From assembly GCA_964016885.1 (NCBI GenBank), contig OZ024743.1:283774001-283838000 (forward strand): a stretch of DNA of 64,000 bases, given 5' to 3'. Position 1 is the first letter of the stretch; the number at the start of each line of letters is the position of its first letter. The stretch is from Eledone cirrhosa (lineage: Eukaryota). Positions 1 through 13,760 of the stretch are shown here, in pieces. The notes below the pieces were generated by a model. It saw only the letters and a list, made by a program, of their open reading frames with translations. It made no database searches and was not told the origin of the DNA. Position numbers and translations under genes: made by a program.

Positions 1-329
1 TAAGACTGTTAAGCCTAGTATTTCAATGAAGTATGAAAGTTTTTGAGACGTATCCTGTACACTGGAAAATTGATGCCTACATCAATAAAGGAAAAAACTA
101 GCCCTTGAACAACTGACTACTTCTTTATTTTGGAGAATATGCTATTGCAATCCATAATCAGGAAATAGATCTAATATTTTTCTTCTGAACAAAAGGATTC
201 CCTTAAAATCAAACACCCGTCTAAACCCATGCTAGCATGGAAGATAGACGTTAAACAATGATGATAACATGTAAACTGAAATATTCAGTGTCCAGCAGAA
301 AGAAGTGCTTAAAGTAATTTTCCATGTTA

Positions 330-1310
330 AAGCAGGGGTTAGCCATGCAGACCCCATGGCAAGCTTCTCTATTTTGTCCTACCATCTGCATTCCCCTTCA
401 CCAAGCACTTGACTTTCATTTCCCTCTCCATGTCCTTCTTTGTCTTCTTCCTCTATTTCCTTCCATATTCATTTTCATCATTCTTCTAACTCAGTCACTT
501 CATTCTTCTCCAACATAAGACTCAACCATCTCATTCCATTTCTCTTCAAAACATTCATTACTGGTTCTATTCCCATAATCCTCTACAACTCATGGTCTTC
601 CTTTCACTGAGCAATACTCCACTCATCCATCAGACCATTTTCATTTCCATAGTTTCCAGCTTTCTCTGCTAATCTACATTCATCACTCATGTCTTATTCC
701 CATAAATCATGAAACTTCTCACACATGCAGCTTTCCCTTCAGTTTCAGTGGCATTCCTTTCCTCATTTATACATCTCACTGTAGCTACTTTTGCCATGTC
801 AAATCCACATTTTCCATTCAACATGTCTCCTAGATAACAAAACGTTTTTACATCTATTTCCATACCATTCCCAAGATCCAGCTCAACATCCTCTCTATCT
901 GCAGTTCCCTCCATACACACCTTACATTTAAATGTAGCTGCTACTTTAATTAATAATCTCTTCAACACCACTACATTTTTTATGTACCTGCCCAATTCAT
1001 ATTGTGCTTCAACACCTTCCTGTACACAGCGACTTTCCTGTTCTTTCCATCTCACCAAATGCTTTACCATTTGCCATCATCTTTGTCTTTCCAATATTCA
1101 TCTTCGCAACTTTTGCACTGATTCATCTTTTCTCTAAGTCCATCCATACTCTCTGCTATTAACACCAGGTCATCTGCATACAGCAAATCCAATGGTAAAA
1201 CCTCCAGTACCCTTTAAGCCAGTACCGCCATCACAACTACAAAAAGTGATGGGTTTAATACTGACTCCTGATGTACTTCAACCTTCACTTTAAACTTGTC
1301 ACTGGTCCCT
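330..1310 (-). mobile_element. Degenerate RTE-clade LINE fragment (RT to 3' end)
   Basis: Minus strand encodes LLYADDLVL (about 1160-1190) and TFCYLGDML; its 3' part is similar to 29267-30010. Confidence 0.75.
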
Positions 1311-1631
1311 CTTCTCCTTTAACACTCGTTCCAATATCTTCATTCCATGTTCAAATACCTTAATTGCTCTATACAAGCCAGTGTAGATCACCTTTCACTT
1401 TGTACAGAGGGATGACAGTACACAACTTCCAATCAACTGAGATAGTTTTCTTTCACCACCAACCTACAGATCAGTCATTTTCGCCACAACACAACTTCAA
1501 GCTTCCTTTAACATATCTCCCACAACTCCTATTAGCCCTCTTGCTTTTCAACTCTTTATTTTTCCCAATACTTCCTCAACTACTTTCTCAGTTATCTACT
1601 TTGCCAGTCTAAGAATTGGATTACTTGTGGG

Positions 1632-2173
1632 CAGAGGCGTATCTAGGGTATGGCAAGCATGGCACATGCATTGAGCACCACTTGAAAGGGGGCGCCACCT
1701 GGACTAAGAGCACTTTCTATTAAAATCAGATAAGCTATTGTCAGAGAGTGAAAAAAGAAACTTCGTCAGATGTATGATCTGTCTTTGATTATCATGAGTG
1801 AGAAACATTATGGTAGCTGGATCCTTAAACCATTTATATAAATTATTAGGCCCATAGGGAAAAATAAAATGCTGGGAATTACATGATCACAGAGGCATAC
1901 CTTCTAGTATGACTTGTCAACTATTTTAATAAGGTTTTAATATTTGTCAAAGATCAGTATTACACAGATCATTTTTGCCAATACTTTACGTATATTTAAG
2001 CGTAAAGGATACCTGTAGAACAAATGAAAATGCAGTTTAATACCCTAAACCCTCATTTATTTAAACTGTGTTGTCAATCCCATTGTCTAACAACTTCTAT
2101 ATAGCTTGCTGCATGAGCAGGGGTGCAATTTAAATGTTTGCCATAGGCACTATTTTCCCTTGTTATACCTCTG
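1632..2173. mobile_element. Non-autonomous hAT-type DNA transposon
   Basis: Imperfect TIRs CAGAGGCGTATCTAGG / CCTTGTTATACCTCTG; perfect 8-bp TSD CTTGTGGG at 1624-1631 and 2174-2181. Confidence 0.85.
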
Positions 2174-5100
2174 CTTGTGGGTATCCAGTTTAGAATAGGT
2201 ACACCATATTTCTATGTGTTGTAAGAGATGACTAAATGAGTTGGCACCAGGAAGGATATCCAACCATAAAACATTGCCCCAACAAAGACACCATGATGAG
2301 TATAATAAACTAAGATGTTCAGTACATTGATGAATAGTTACAACAGACATAGTTTCATCATCATGTTTGTGTGTTTTCTCCATGCCTGCATAGGTTGGAC
2401 AGGTCTTTTTCAGCACAGTATTTCTCCACTCGCCATGTTCATTTGTTATCTCCTCTTGGAGTCTCAGCAATTTGAGATCAGCTCTCACAACCTCATTATG
2501 TACTAAAGTTTCGGGATATAACCAAAGTTCTTAGCAAAATTACATAAGTATCAGAGCAACCATGGTTGTCTTGAGGATTCACTTAAGATTTCTGTTAAGG
2601 TCACAGCTTAGAGCTACATTAAAAATGTTGTTTAGCTTACAAATGGGTAAATAAATTTGCATATTGATATTTTTTTTATATCTGTCAAAAATTATCTTTT
2701 TTACTCTAACAGAGCATGAGACATCTGTATGTGGAAAGATAATTATTAATAGTACTCGTATTAATATTGCTGTGCTAAGTTTGTACTTTAGTACCTGTTA
2801 GGGTTGAAACAAAACATGTAAATAACATTGCAAGAAAAAAGTATCAATCATCTCAAATAAACTGCAATGAATTACTATCCCCCATAATCAGCAGCTGCCC
2901 CAGGATGTCATCAAATGTCAGCTTCTTTAGCAACGACACAAAAGTCATCACTTAACATTTGCAGACCTTTCCTATAAATATGAAATTTCATCCATAACTA
3001 AAAAAATTTTTTCTCATTATTATCACTTGCTGGTGTTAAATTTGTGACATATGGTACAATGTACACTGTTGGGACCATAAAGTTTCATTTACACTCAAGA
3101 GAAGGCGTTAACATTACTACAGTGCATTTTCCCGCCCCTTAAAAATCTGAAATGTTATACCTATGTAAAAAGTCACCAGCATCGTCATCATAGGGTTTCT
3201 AAATCCAAGATATCATCCAAATAAAGCACAACATAAAATAAAATATTTGATATCGCAGTAATAATGTCAACAATGACCATTTAATGTATTTGGCAGAAGA
3301 CCACACATTTTCATTGACTGTACCAGTATGTATGGGTGCTTCTTACTTATTTTATTGGACTTGGCGTGACGAATGGTGCAGTCGATACTAGTAGGGTATC
3401 AAAAAAGCAAAGGAACGTAACTACTATTAGGCATTTAGACCTATGCTCAATCGCCTATGTCACCACTACGTCCTAGATGATTTATCCATTTAAAAGATGA
3501 AGGTAACTAGGTTTTGCATTAAAGAGATAGGTGAGGAGAAATGGCAGTATTCCTTAAGTTTCAAACCCAAACAAACACTGGGAACTAAGAATACATGAAA
3601 ATAACATAAGAAATATTTCTCATAACGAAAATAACGTTTCTTCGTATTGTTTTTGTTTTTGCTTTACACCAATTTCGAGACGATAAACATCATATTCTTT
3701 AACCATTTAGGTATGTTCTTAGACCCTGTGCTGATTTGGGTTCGAATCAGAAACTGAAGGACCAATGACACCAATTGGAAATCGAAACTTAATGGCAGAC
3801 TCCGATGACCAAGAATTTACTATTTTACAGCAACAGAACAGCCATCACATGGACCACATATCAAATATATAAAGACATATCAACACTGCCACAAGTTAAA
3901 AATAGGTCAATTTTTAACAAAGACTAAATATTTTATCTTGATGATAATTAAATAAAGAATCAGTCGTTAAATTTGTTCTTTACACACACACACACATATA
4001 TATATGTATGTATATATATATATTTATTTATTATACTTATAATTAGGTTAAATAAGAAAGATGATTTTGAAAGTCAGTTTTTCTCTTCCATAATATAGAT
4101 AATTAGAAACCTGGACCAATAATATAATTATTAGATATAAGTAATATATATATATATAAACAAACTAGCATGAGAGTAACGAGGAAGAAAAATAATCGAT
4201 TTAGTTTAAGCTGAGAAATATTACTATTTTACTCATTTTTGTTATTTCAGACATAAATATACTAGGTAGGTGAAATTAAGATCAGTAACTGTAGAAGAAT
4301 TTGAAAAACAAACAATTGTATGTCTTTGAGAAAAAATGTCAAAAAAATATTGATATCTTGCGTGGGTAGACAACACATGTGTAGGGATAACATGAGAAAG
4401 TGTGACAGTCATATTTTTCTGAAGGGTTGTAATTAGAAACGTGAGGGAAATGAAGTGAAATAGTTACAAACGAGAACCGAAACCGGGTAGCAGAGTTAGC
4501 TCGACAAATCGAAAGCAATATCAATGTTAACGAAATTGATGTTGATATAAAACTGGTGGGGTTTTCAAAACATATCATTTTTAATAAACGAAATAAATTA
4601 AAATTAACCAAACCATCTTTACTATTTCTAATTCTACGCCGTACATTTTAAACTATTTATAAGATATACCTTCTGAAATACTTTAAAGAAAAACACACTG
4701 CTTGATGTTACAATATTTTTTTTAATCTGCTCTGAGTGAGTTTAATAACAATCACGCTGAGAAACGAGGAATTAAGTCTTCAAGGCAAAATTGTCCGTTT
4801 CTCTTTACTTTGAAAGCATTTATTTTCGTTCACACAAATAGAACTGCCTGATCAAAATAAACAGATAACAGACACTGTTTGGTTATATGACATAACGGGA
4901 AAATGTGATGTTCATGCTTTTCTGAAAGACATCTACCGATCTAGGCAAAACATTTTCTAATTTATGAATCAAAATGGATGAATTAGGTTGTTATTATTAA
5001 ATGTGATGTGGATACAACGTAAATTTGAAACCGTTTTAATTACGATGGTAATAATCAGTGTAAATGCATGAACGTCACACCTTCCTACTACACGAAACAA

Positions 5101-5276
5101 CAAACTGTTTGGTATCTATGTATTCTGATCAGAGACTGATGATAAATGAACATATTTGTTTGAAATAATAACAATTATAATAAGAAAGAAGAAGTTGATG
5201 TATCGAATAATAATAAAAAAGGAACTTTTTTCACGTTAGATAATTTCTTTTCAAAAGATCATAATCAATCACTAAC

Positions 5277-5369
5277 CTTTAATCGAGAATTTATCAGAGA
5301 GAGTCGGTTACATGTAGTATCCGCAGACATGCCGTCGCCATTAGCATAGTGTATTTCCGGTTGCAGCAT
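5277..5369 (-). CDS. Candidate coding exon of an unidentified minus-strand gene
   Basis: CpG-rich, open frame MLQPEIHYANGDGMSADTTCNRLSLINSRLK ending at donor AAG|GTTAGT; no homology recognised. Confidence 0.3.
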
Positions 5370-6039
5370 GAATTTTGAGTGAAACTTGATTAAATGTTAG
5401 TATCGCGGAGATACTGTTATTATCTTAAAACTGTAATAAATAAATTGTTAAATAATTCTATCTGGTATATGTTCTAATTGGAAAATTATGTAAGAGAAAA
5501 TATGATCAAAATATTCTTTTTCTTTATTATATATTTTCATAGTTCATCCGGTTTAAACTTCAATCGATGATTATTTCCCTTGGTATTACACACCCTTATT
5601 TCTACACACTTGTCAAGGGGAGTGCAATGCATAGAAAAGGTGACGGAAAAAGGGGTTACGAATACACAGTGGAGCAATGACAGAAAGTTAAGATATTCAA
5701 AGGCTCAGAAGTTATAGTAAAAGATAGAATAAGCAACAAAATTATACAGACCAACAAGAGGTGGTTGGGGATTAAGATTAATGATTAAATATGCATTTGA
5801 TAATTATTATGCATAAATTAGAAGTTATTAACAGAGAGACATATTTTCAGGAATGCAATGCTTTTAAGATAACCTTCCTTATTAACAGGATTCTTACAAA
5901 TTTTTCAGAATCCTCCTACCTGCCATTCTTCAACCTTACTTGCTCTATAAATAGCATTCATGCAGTTAAAACCACTACATTCGCTGCTCTTTTTACTTTC
6001 AATTTCTAGAAATGAACCTCAATTGCATGTTTCATCCCC

Positions 6040-6800
6040 CAAAAATCAGTTTTTCTGATCCTGACGACAACTGATAAATAATCCTTACTTTCAACATCTT
6101 AAAAAGGATGAATACAATTGTAAATGTCTGCCTCTTATCAGAGGTTCTTATAACTGATCAGTTGAAGAATTTGGCAAAAGCATTGTTATTGTCCTTGACA
6201 TCAAAGTATTTCACCATGTAATGATAACAGTATGTCCTCACAAAGATCCTAGTGTTAGGGCTCCATCAATCTCTCTGTTTGGATTTAGAAGTTTTCTGTG
6301 AGACCCATCCATTATAGCCAGTGCCAGATTTACCATTGTGCTTAGGTGTGCTTAAGGAGGGCCCATCTTCCTGCCAAATAAATTTTTTTATGATGAATTT
6401 TTCAAATGTTTAGGGCTTCATAACTTAACTAGCACAGGGCCTCATTTGTCCTAAATCCGGCACTGATCACAGCATGCATTATTGGGTTCTCCTTGACCAA
6501 CAATCTATTTCTTCAATATGTTAATTACCTGCTCTCTGTTACATCAAACCACATACATTCCTATACAGATGATACCATCCTTTAATCTTTCCCAGCCTTC
6601 CACACTCAGGCATCATTCAAATTCAATCTAGACACCGCATACCAGACTTGTCCTGTTTTAATATAGACTTCATAAATATCTTTTAATGAGCATATGTCGC
6701 CACCAAGACACAATCTTGACACATATCAAGGAAGCAATCTCATAGCACTACACTCATGAGTAAAACATAACACACTTTCTAATCATTAACTAAAAAAATC
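6040..6800 (+). mobile_element. Highly degraded Jockey/L2-group LINE RT relic
   Basis: Remnants resembling VLDI.KAF..V (about 6190-6220) and Y.DDT (about 6563-6580), broken by stops and deletions. Confidence 0.4.
6319..6465. mobile_element. 147-bp hAT-type MITE nested in the LINE relic
   Basis: TIRs CAGTGCCAGATTTA / TAAATCCGGCACTG (13/14 match); degenerate 8-bp TSD ATTATAGC / ATCACAGC. Confidence 0.75.
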
Positions 6801-9047
6801 TTCCTATAATTGCTAAACTTCAATGGTTGCAGAAAGAGTTCTGAAGAGGTGGGACTGGGAATATTAATGAGTGTGTAACCTGGTGTGTTGGTGAGTGAGT
6901 CTTTGATAGTATGCTAGATTGCTTGTTTTCGATGCAGTCTAGGGTGTGCATGTGTGTAGTATCATGAATGACCCAGATATGAGTACAGTACTTTATAATC
7001 AGTCTTATTTGAGTACTGTAGAGTGACAGTAATAGTGGTCAGAGCTGAAGTATTTTCTTGTCATGAAAAGAAAAGCTAGTTTCTTATGTATGTGGAGTTA
7101 ACAAGAAAGATCATTAAGGTTTGTAAGATCTAGATTTTGTAGTGATTTTCAGGTTTTCAATTTCACATTGTCTAAGACTAGAAAAGGGTAACTACTAAAA
7201 TGTTTTCTTGGTATGAATCATGATTGTGACTTTGCAGTTTTATGTGACAAGATTGCCATCTAGACAGTAGAGAATATTTTGTGGGTCCCTTTCCATGGGA
7301 ATAGTGAAGTTTGATGTTAGGTTGCTCATGGATGACATTTGTATTCTGTATAAGCTGAAGGAACAGTGAAAAATTGTATCAACTGCATAAAAGTAAGAAT
7401 TATTAAAGGTGACAGCAAACAGGTTGTTAATGTACAAAAAGCAGGCCTGTTGCAAGGCTTTGGTGTTTGGAGTGGGGGTCTTCAAAACATTCTGGGTAGA
7501 CACTCTCATCATCATCATCATCGCTGAACATTCATTTTACTATGCTAGCATGGGACAGATGAGTTGTCCTGTTGTGAGTTAAGTCAATAGGAGGAGGGGA
7601 GGAATAGAAGAAAAAGAAGTCAATACTAATGAGGATGATGATGATGGTGCAAGTTAAAGAAACTCTTTAACTTTTTAATACAGTAAGCTTGATAGTTACA
7701 TTGATGAAAACCACCTTATAAAAACTATCATATTACTCATTTGGAAGAGGAGGAAATAAAAGTCAGGGGATTGGTGAAAATGGGGCAGCAGATAGCAATA
7801 TAGAAAAGCTTGTCATAGGACCTGCAAGGCTATTCCTGTTATAACAGGAGAAATGGCCATAAAATATTTGTTGTAAAAGTTGCATGAAAATACGATGTAA
7901 AATCAGTATGTGACTTATCTGCTGGACCTAAAATATCTCAAAACAAAATATATGGTACATCGTAGATGCCAAAAGCAGTGTGGTGTTAGCTAACAGTATT
8001 TTATATAGCCCAAATATGTTTATGGATAATTATAATTTGCGAGTAAATATAAACAATAACATTATAAGAATATATTTCTGTTAAAAACAGTGAATGGCAA
8101 AGGAGATGGTCTGGAACAGCTATTTCACCTTGCTATCTTCACTCTGCTAGCAGGGATGGGGTCTGGGGGCCAAGAATACAGATATAACAGTCTATAAAAT
8201 ATTAGTTTTGTTGTTTATACACTTTAATCATTCATTTACTTGTCAATAATCAAAATATAAAGATAATTTCAGAATCCCATAAGTTATAGTAGATAAACAA
8301 AACTCTGTTAATCCCTTACCGACAAGACAGAAAATCAATTGAATACTATTACCATATGGAAGTAGAGCAAACTAGCAGAGTGTATTGTTTTTATATTGTT
8401 AACATATAATTTATTCCCCTTGATAAACTTCCAAAGATGTGTTTCACACCAGAAAATGTATTTGATATAATTAAAATACAGTATATGCTGTAGTAGCCAG
8501 AGTGTGTTAATTATTTTGTTATTGCATGTAATAAAATTTAATGAAATGTGTAGTTGCATGTGATTAAATGAATAAAATACAATTATTATATTTATAGATT
8601 TAAGAGTTTAGCAACATAGGTTTACTTGTAAAGAGCTACCAAAGGGTTTAATTATGTGTAGTTTTATTAGATATAATATGGGGAAAATATGTTTAATTTT
8701 GAATATTTAGATGGAAATTTTGTCCAAGCATATATAAGCATACAACTTATATGTGAGTCAAGTAGAGAGCCAAGAATACTTTATATAAAATAGGGGCACA
8801 ACTTATCTAATAATGCCTTATACATGAGTAGTTACAGATACAGATAAGTAAACTGAGCCAAGAAAAGTTAAACAACTTAGTCATAGAAAAAGTTGTGTTT
8901 GTCATGGGAATTGAACTACTGACTCTGTAACCCAAAAGCTGACAATCAACTCTCTACATAAATACTTAGTCTTGCTATAAAATTATATCCCTTTTGGCAG
9001 CCCAATATGAACATTGAACTAACCAGTTTCATTATTATACAACAAAG

Positions 9048-9118
9048 CAATTACCCAGTACAATAAAGTACCAGTAATGTACTGGGTAATTGCTGGCCTT
9101 GTGCCTAAAGTAGAAACA
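9048..9118 (+). mobile_element. 5'-truncated (ATT)n-tailed SINE with fold-back 5' end
   Basis: 3' end ggccttgtgcctaaagtagaaacaattatt; TSD attattatacaac(a/g)aag at 9031-9047 and 9119-9135. Confidence 0.8.
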
Positions 9119-9984
9119 ATTATTATACAACGAAGTACATTCTGTAAAATGGTAAGGGATAGGAAGGACATCCAGTCATAGAAAACCTGCCAAACAAAGG
9201 GCTGGGAGGACTCTTTAGTTGTATCAAAGACTAGACGACTTCCCTAGAGCTGTTGCCACAATAAAATGCACACAATAGAGTGTGGAAACAAGTGAGATGT
9301 GAGTCCCCGACCCATCAGAGCAATCAATAGTGTACAAGAACATATGTAAGCAAGATGAAGCCCCCCACCCCCAATCTGAGAGGTCAGTACCTCTGCTTAA
9401 GAACTGACTGGTCCATGACAACATGTCCAACCCTTGCTAGAAGATAAAACGGAACTTAAATGATAATTATGAATAAATCAGGATTCTCTCACCTCTCCTT
9501 CCAAAACTGCCAATGCAGTAGCTGAAGGCCACTTATTAAAACATAAACAAGCCTGTACCTTAGTACAAACTTATTTGAATAATAGAATATTCAATGGATT
9601 CTGATTAATTAGCCCATCAGTAAATTGTGGCAGCTGTTTATTTAGGACAAATCTTAATGCCAGAATACATCTCGCTTATATAGGACACCATCTCATTAAA
9701 TGGATTAGATGATTGCTTGATGGCATTCTTGTATCAGATATTATGGATATTGTTACTGCATAAGCCATCACTAATTCACCCAGTTTGAAAAACATGAGCA
9801 TTTGTGGAGTGTAGAAAGCCTGCTTTAAGTGACTACTTATACCATATAATAAGTTTTGGCATGTGGCATAATAAGTAACTTACTTAGTAAGAAGTACAGT
9901 GCATACTCGAATATAAGCTGACCCCGTATTTTATGTCTGAGAAATGGCCAAAAATAAAAAACCCATTTAAATGCAAAGGCAGCA

Positions 9985-10620
9985 AAATTTTGAAGGCCGA
10001 CTGGACAAAGCGAGCAATGTCGTCAGCTGCCAGTGCAAAGAGGACACCCATAGTGGAAGCAACTTTGATGTCAGCAGCCATGAGTATGCCGGGTCTTCCG
10101 TACAATAGATGAGCAAGAGGGTAAATTGAGGGGGCTCATTTGAGATGTTTCTAAGACATGATCCCACCTAACGCTGTTGAAGCGTTTCTCATGTCCAGCC
10201 TCACAAGGAAGTGGGGTGATGAAGGAGGCATGTGCTCTATAAAGTGTCTAGTCGCATGAGCTGGAGCTTCACATCTGCTCTTGACTCCCACTTTGAGCTG
10301 GACAGGGCTTAGCGCCTCGCCCAGGTCGTCTTTGACTGGTTAGCTAGCTATCATGACTGCAAGTCATTGGAAGACGTTGCCCACTGTGATGGGGTGGTCT
10401 CCATCATTCTTCCTCAGAGTGGTCAGACTGAGAAGAAAAGATCGTGGGCATGGCAAGGCAAGTTGGTATGGAGGAGACAGTTGGTGAGGGATGTAATTGA
10501 CTGGAGCAATCATGCTCCTGCCTCAGCAGCATGAGGCAAGATAGGGTCTCTGAGGTGGCTGGGGTACAGGCCGTCCACTCCACCACTGCTGCTCCCTGGG
10601 AAAGATTTCAAGGCAGCTAC
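9985..10620 (-). mobile_element. CRE-clade (R2-group) non-LTR retrotransposon RT relic
   Basis: Minus strand, across frameshifts: KSFP.GSSG..DGLYPSHLRD; SLTTLRKNDGDHPITVGNVFQ*LA; PVQLKVGVKSRCEAPAHATR; LVRLDMRNAFNSVRWDHVL; LFALAADDIARFV. This motif order is typical of CRE-like RTs. Confidence 0.75.
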
Positions 10621-11749
10621 TATATCCTCACTATATGCATTCACAAATGTCTGATGTGTTGAGATATAGAACTAGAACAAATGTGAAGAAAAGTTCTGTT
10701 ACATCCTGGCCACATTGTAACAAACTATAATTTGAAAAACATTCAATTCGAATTTTTTACTACCAACACCAATGATCATTGAAGGCATATAAATATTTAA
10801 AGACTTTGTATCATAGAAAATTGGTAAACTATATTTTAAATTGTATGAAACTGCATGCTGGTATGAGAGTTGATAATGTAATATGATGTTGTGTGTTTTT
10901 TTCTTGTTCATTTCCATTCTTCCATCTTCTCCCTCTGCTCCTCTCTACCACTTCTCCAGACCAACATACTTCTAGCTATTCATTCCTGTCCTTTGAGGTA
11001 AAATTTTACCCAATGTCGTCATTGACATCATTTTACAGTTTTGGCAGTTTTTTTTTTGCATTGAGTTTCTCATTATTCTATAAATTCTTATACATTTGTG
11101 CTTCAACTCGAATTTTGAGACAACACTTTGTTTACATTATATTTCTGAAAATTTACTAGCATCTTAATCAAATAAAGAGGTAAGACCTAGGGTTAATGTT
11201 CTTTAAGCAACATAGTTTGTGAATAGATATGTATCAAAATCATTGAGAAATTTTTACAATGTGGCTTTATGTATTTAAGCTTGGAGATGTTACATATGAT
11301 CAATAGTGACAAGCTGTTTTAAAAGTACAACATATCTGAAGCTATGATGTTTTACATGTATTCATAATTCAAGGAAAATGAAAATTATGCAAAGGCAATC
11401 GTTGAATAAATTCAGATGCCAGAAGATAAGGAAAATAATGAAATTGACTCATCTGAGCTTGATTGACTGATCTGGATGCCAGAAAATTCATTGCTGGATT
11501 AAAATGTAATTTCTTGCTGGAAAGCAATGAAGCCATTCCTGTATGTGCAATTAGATATTTGAATTAACAATTAATTTTATGGTTTACTAAGTATTTCTAT
11601 ATTTTTATTGAGTTTCATACATATATACATACATACCAAACAGGCACACACACAACCACATAAAAATGTTTGTATATAAGGACTGTCAAGAAAATATCTA
11701 ACTTTATATTATCCTGTGGAAAGTTTTGATGTTAGGGAAAGAAAAATGT

Positions 11750-12470
11750 GCAGAGTGAAGCCAACATATAGTCTTACACATGTGTGATTTTGGGCGAACT
11801 TGTGGGATGTGTCAGGTAACCACTGTGGAAAGTGTTATACTTGTTACTCATCATTTCACTCAATACTTTCAACAAGGATGCTGAGTTCTTGAAGACTTTA
11901 ATAACTGGAGATGAGATGTGGGTATATGGCTATGACCTGAAAACGAAATTGGAAGTCTCAAGTGTTGCCAAGGTCCAAAAAAGTATGTTAAATGTGAAGT
12001 GAAATCAAAGTGATACTGACTGTTTTCTGCAAAATCCAAGGCATTGTGCACCATGAATATGCACCAGATGGAGTAAACATTTATAAAGGAGCATTCTCAA
12101 GAAGTCCTCTAACATCTTTATGATGCAGTTCGGCATAAGAAACCAGATCTATGGGCCTTGCAAAACTAGTAGCTGTATCATGACAATACCCTAGCTCATT
12201 TGTCTGATCCAAAATTTCTTGGCAAAGAAAGGCATATCATTCATCATCCAAGCTCTTTATTCTCCAGACATGATCCTTTCTGACTTATGGCTGTTTCCAA
12301 ATTGAAGATGCCACTGAAAGACTCCCACTTTGAGAGTCAAGAGGACATCATGCAGATTGCAATGGTGAAGCTGTGAACAATTCTGGAAGAAGCAATCTTG
12401 GTGTGCTTTAAACAATGGAAGATTTACATTTGTGGAGGCACGAGGGGCCTAATTTGAAGCGGATTAGCAT
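11750..12470 (+). mobile_element. Mariner (DD34D) transposase pseudogene
   Basis: DEMWVYGYDLKTK (about 11910-11950), GIVHHEYAPDG, LYHDNTLAH, YSPDMILSDLWLFP; stops and frameshifts present. Confidence 0.85.
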
Positions 12471-12489
12471 TTGAACCCCAACAAGTTTC

Positions 12490-13125
12490 ATCATCGTTTA
12501 ACATCTATTTTCCATGCTTTCATGGGTTAGATGGGTTGTCACATTATGAAATAAGTCAGGTCAGGTGTCCATGCTTTGCTCATATGGATCTGTATTTTGG
12601 CTTGGTTTCTACAGCTGAATGCCCTTCTCTACACTTCACAAACCATGTTACAGTGTGGACTGGGTGCTTTTTATTGTGGCACCAAAATGACCATTTAACA
12701 TGGTGGACTTAGTGCTTTTTTGTTGTGTCACCAGCACGACCACCTTACAGGGTGGAGTGGGTGCTTTTTGTGTTGTCACCAGCAAAACCACCTTACAGAG
12801 TGAACTGAGTTTTTTTTCTCATGTCATCAGCACAACCATCTTACAGGGTGGATTAGGTGCTTTTTTCCCATCACACCAGCACAACCACATTACAGGGTTG
12901 ACTGTGCTTTTTGTCATGTCACCTGCACAACCACTATGTGGTGTGGACTGGGAGCCTCTTATCATGTCACTAGTACGACTGCTTTACAGGGTTGATTGTG
13001 TGCTGCCTCTTGTTTCTTGTCATGTTACTAGCATGACCACCTTACAAGGTGGTTGGGGTGCTTTTGTTGTGGCACCAAAACTATCACCATATAGGGTGTA
13101 CTCAGCTCTTTTTTGTTATGGCAGC
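12490..13125 (-). repeat. RTE-type 3' end with a degenerate ~44-bp tandem array (about 10 units)
   Basis: Repeating ttacagggtggactgggtgctttttgttgtgtcaccagcacgaccac; reverse complement of the RTE 3' UTR repeat seen at about 40000-40100. Confidence 0.7.
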
Positions 13126-13559
13126 AGGATTGTAGGATAGCAGATGTGGAGCTTGTTCAGTTTTCCCTGTTTGTATGCATGGGTTGGACAGAACAGGAGT
13201 TGTGTATCTCAAGTGAGGAAGTTGGGTTAAGAGAATGAGTATGCAAGTTGGACATGGATGAGGTGAATGGGGGTATTAAAATTTGAGAGGGGTAGGGAAA
13301 CGTTTGGTGCAGACATATGTTCTCTACAGGTTTGTTTCATCCTGTACATGTGGGAAAGTGAGTCTTCTCTAGTACAGCATAATGCCAGAGTTCTCGATTC
13401 TGTGTCATCTCCTTTGTAGTGTTGCTGCATCTTTAAAATTGATAGGGACAGAGCAATTCATGTAGACAAAATGGTTAGAACACAGTCATTTTTTCAATAT
13501 GATGTATGTATGTATGTACATATGCATGTATGTGCATACCTGTCTGTGTATTGGGGTGG

Positions 13560-13760
13560 AGCTCATCAAATCGGACCAAGGAAACAATGTTTCTATTGGT
13601 CTTTCCATTGCTAATACTATCTACTAGTCACAATTCCTGGCAGAAAGAACAACATAAAATAAAGTGTCTTGCTTAAGGACATAACGCATCGCACAGTCTG
13701 GGTATCAAACTCCCAACCTCATGATTGTGAATCTAGTTCTCTAACTATTAAGCATTGTTG
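13560..13760 (-). mobile_element. Degenerate tRNA-derived SINE
   Basis: aaataaagtgtcttgcttaaggac is the reverse of the central domain of the 15531 SINE; remnants of a tRNA head follow. Confidence 0.55.

Noticed and set aside
6835-7190. Possible minus-strand endonuclease remnant (LSSDH-like)
   Set aside because: Too degraded to assign; only one short motif is visible.
9879-10105. Minus-strand host exon suggested by ORF 9884-10105 and an adjacent GTAAG
   Set aside because: The ORF is a CRE RT remnant running into a decayed Tc1/pogo-like terminus (tactcgaatataagctgacc) and ends in a stop codon.
12700-13140. 146-aa ORF with internal repeats
   Set aside because: Translation of an antisense RTE 3' UTR tandem array.
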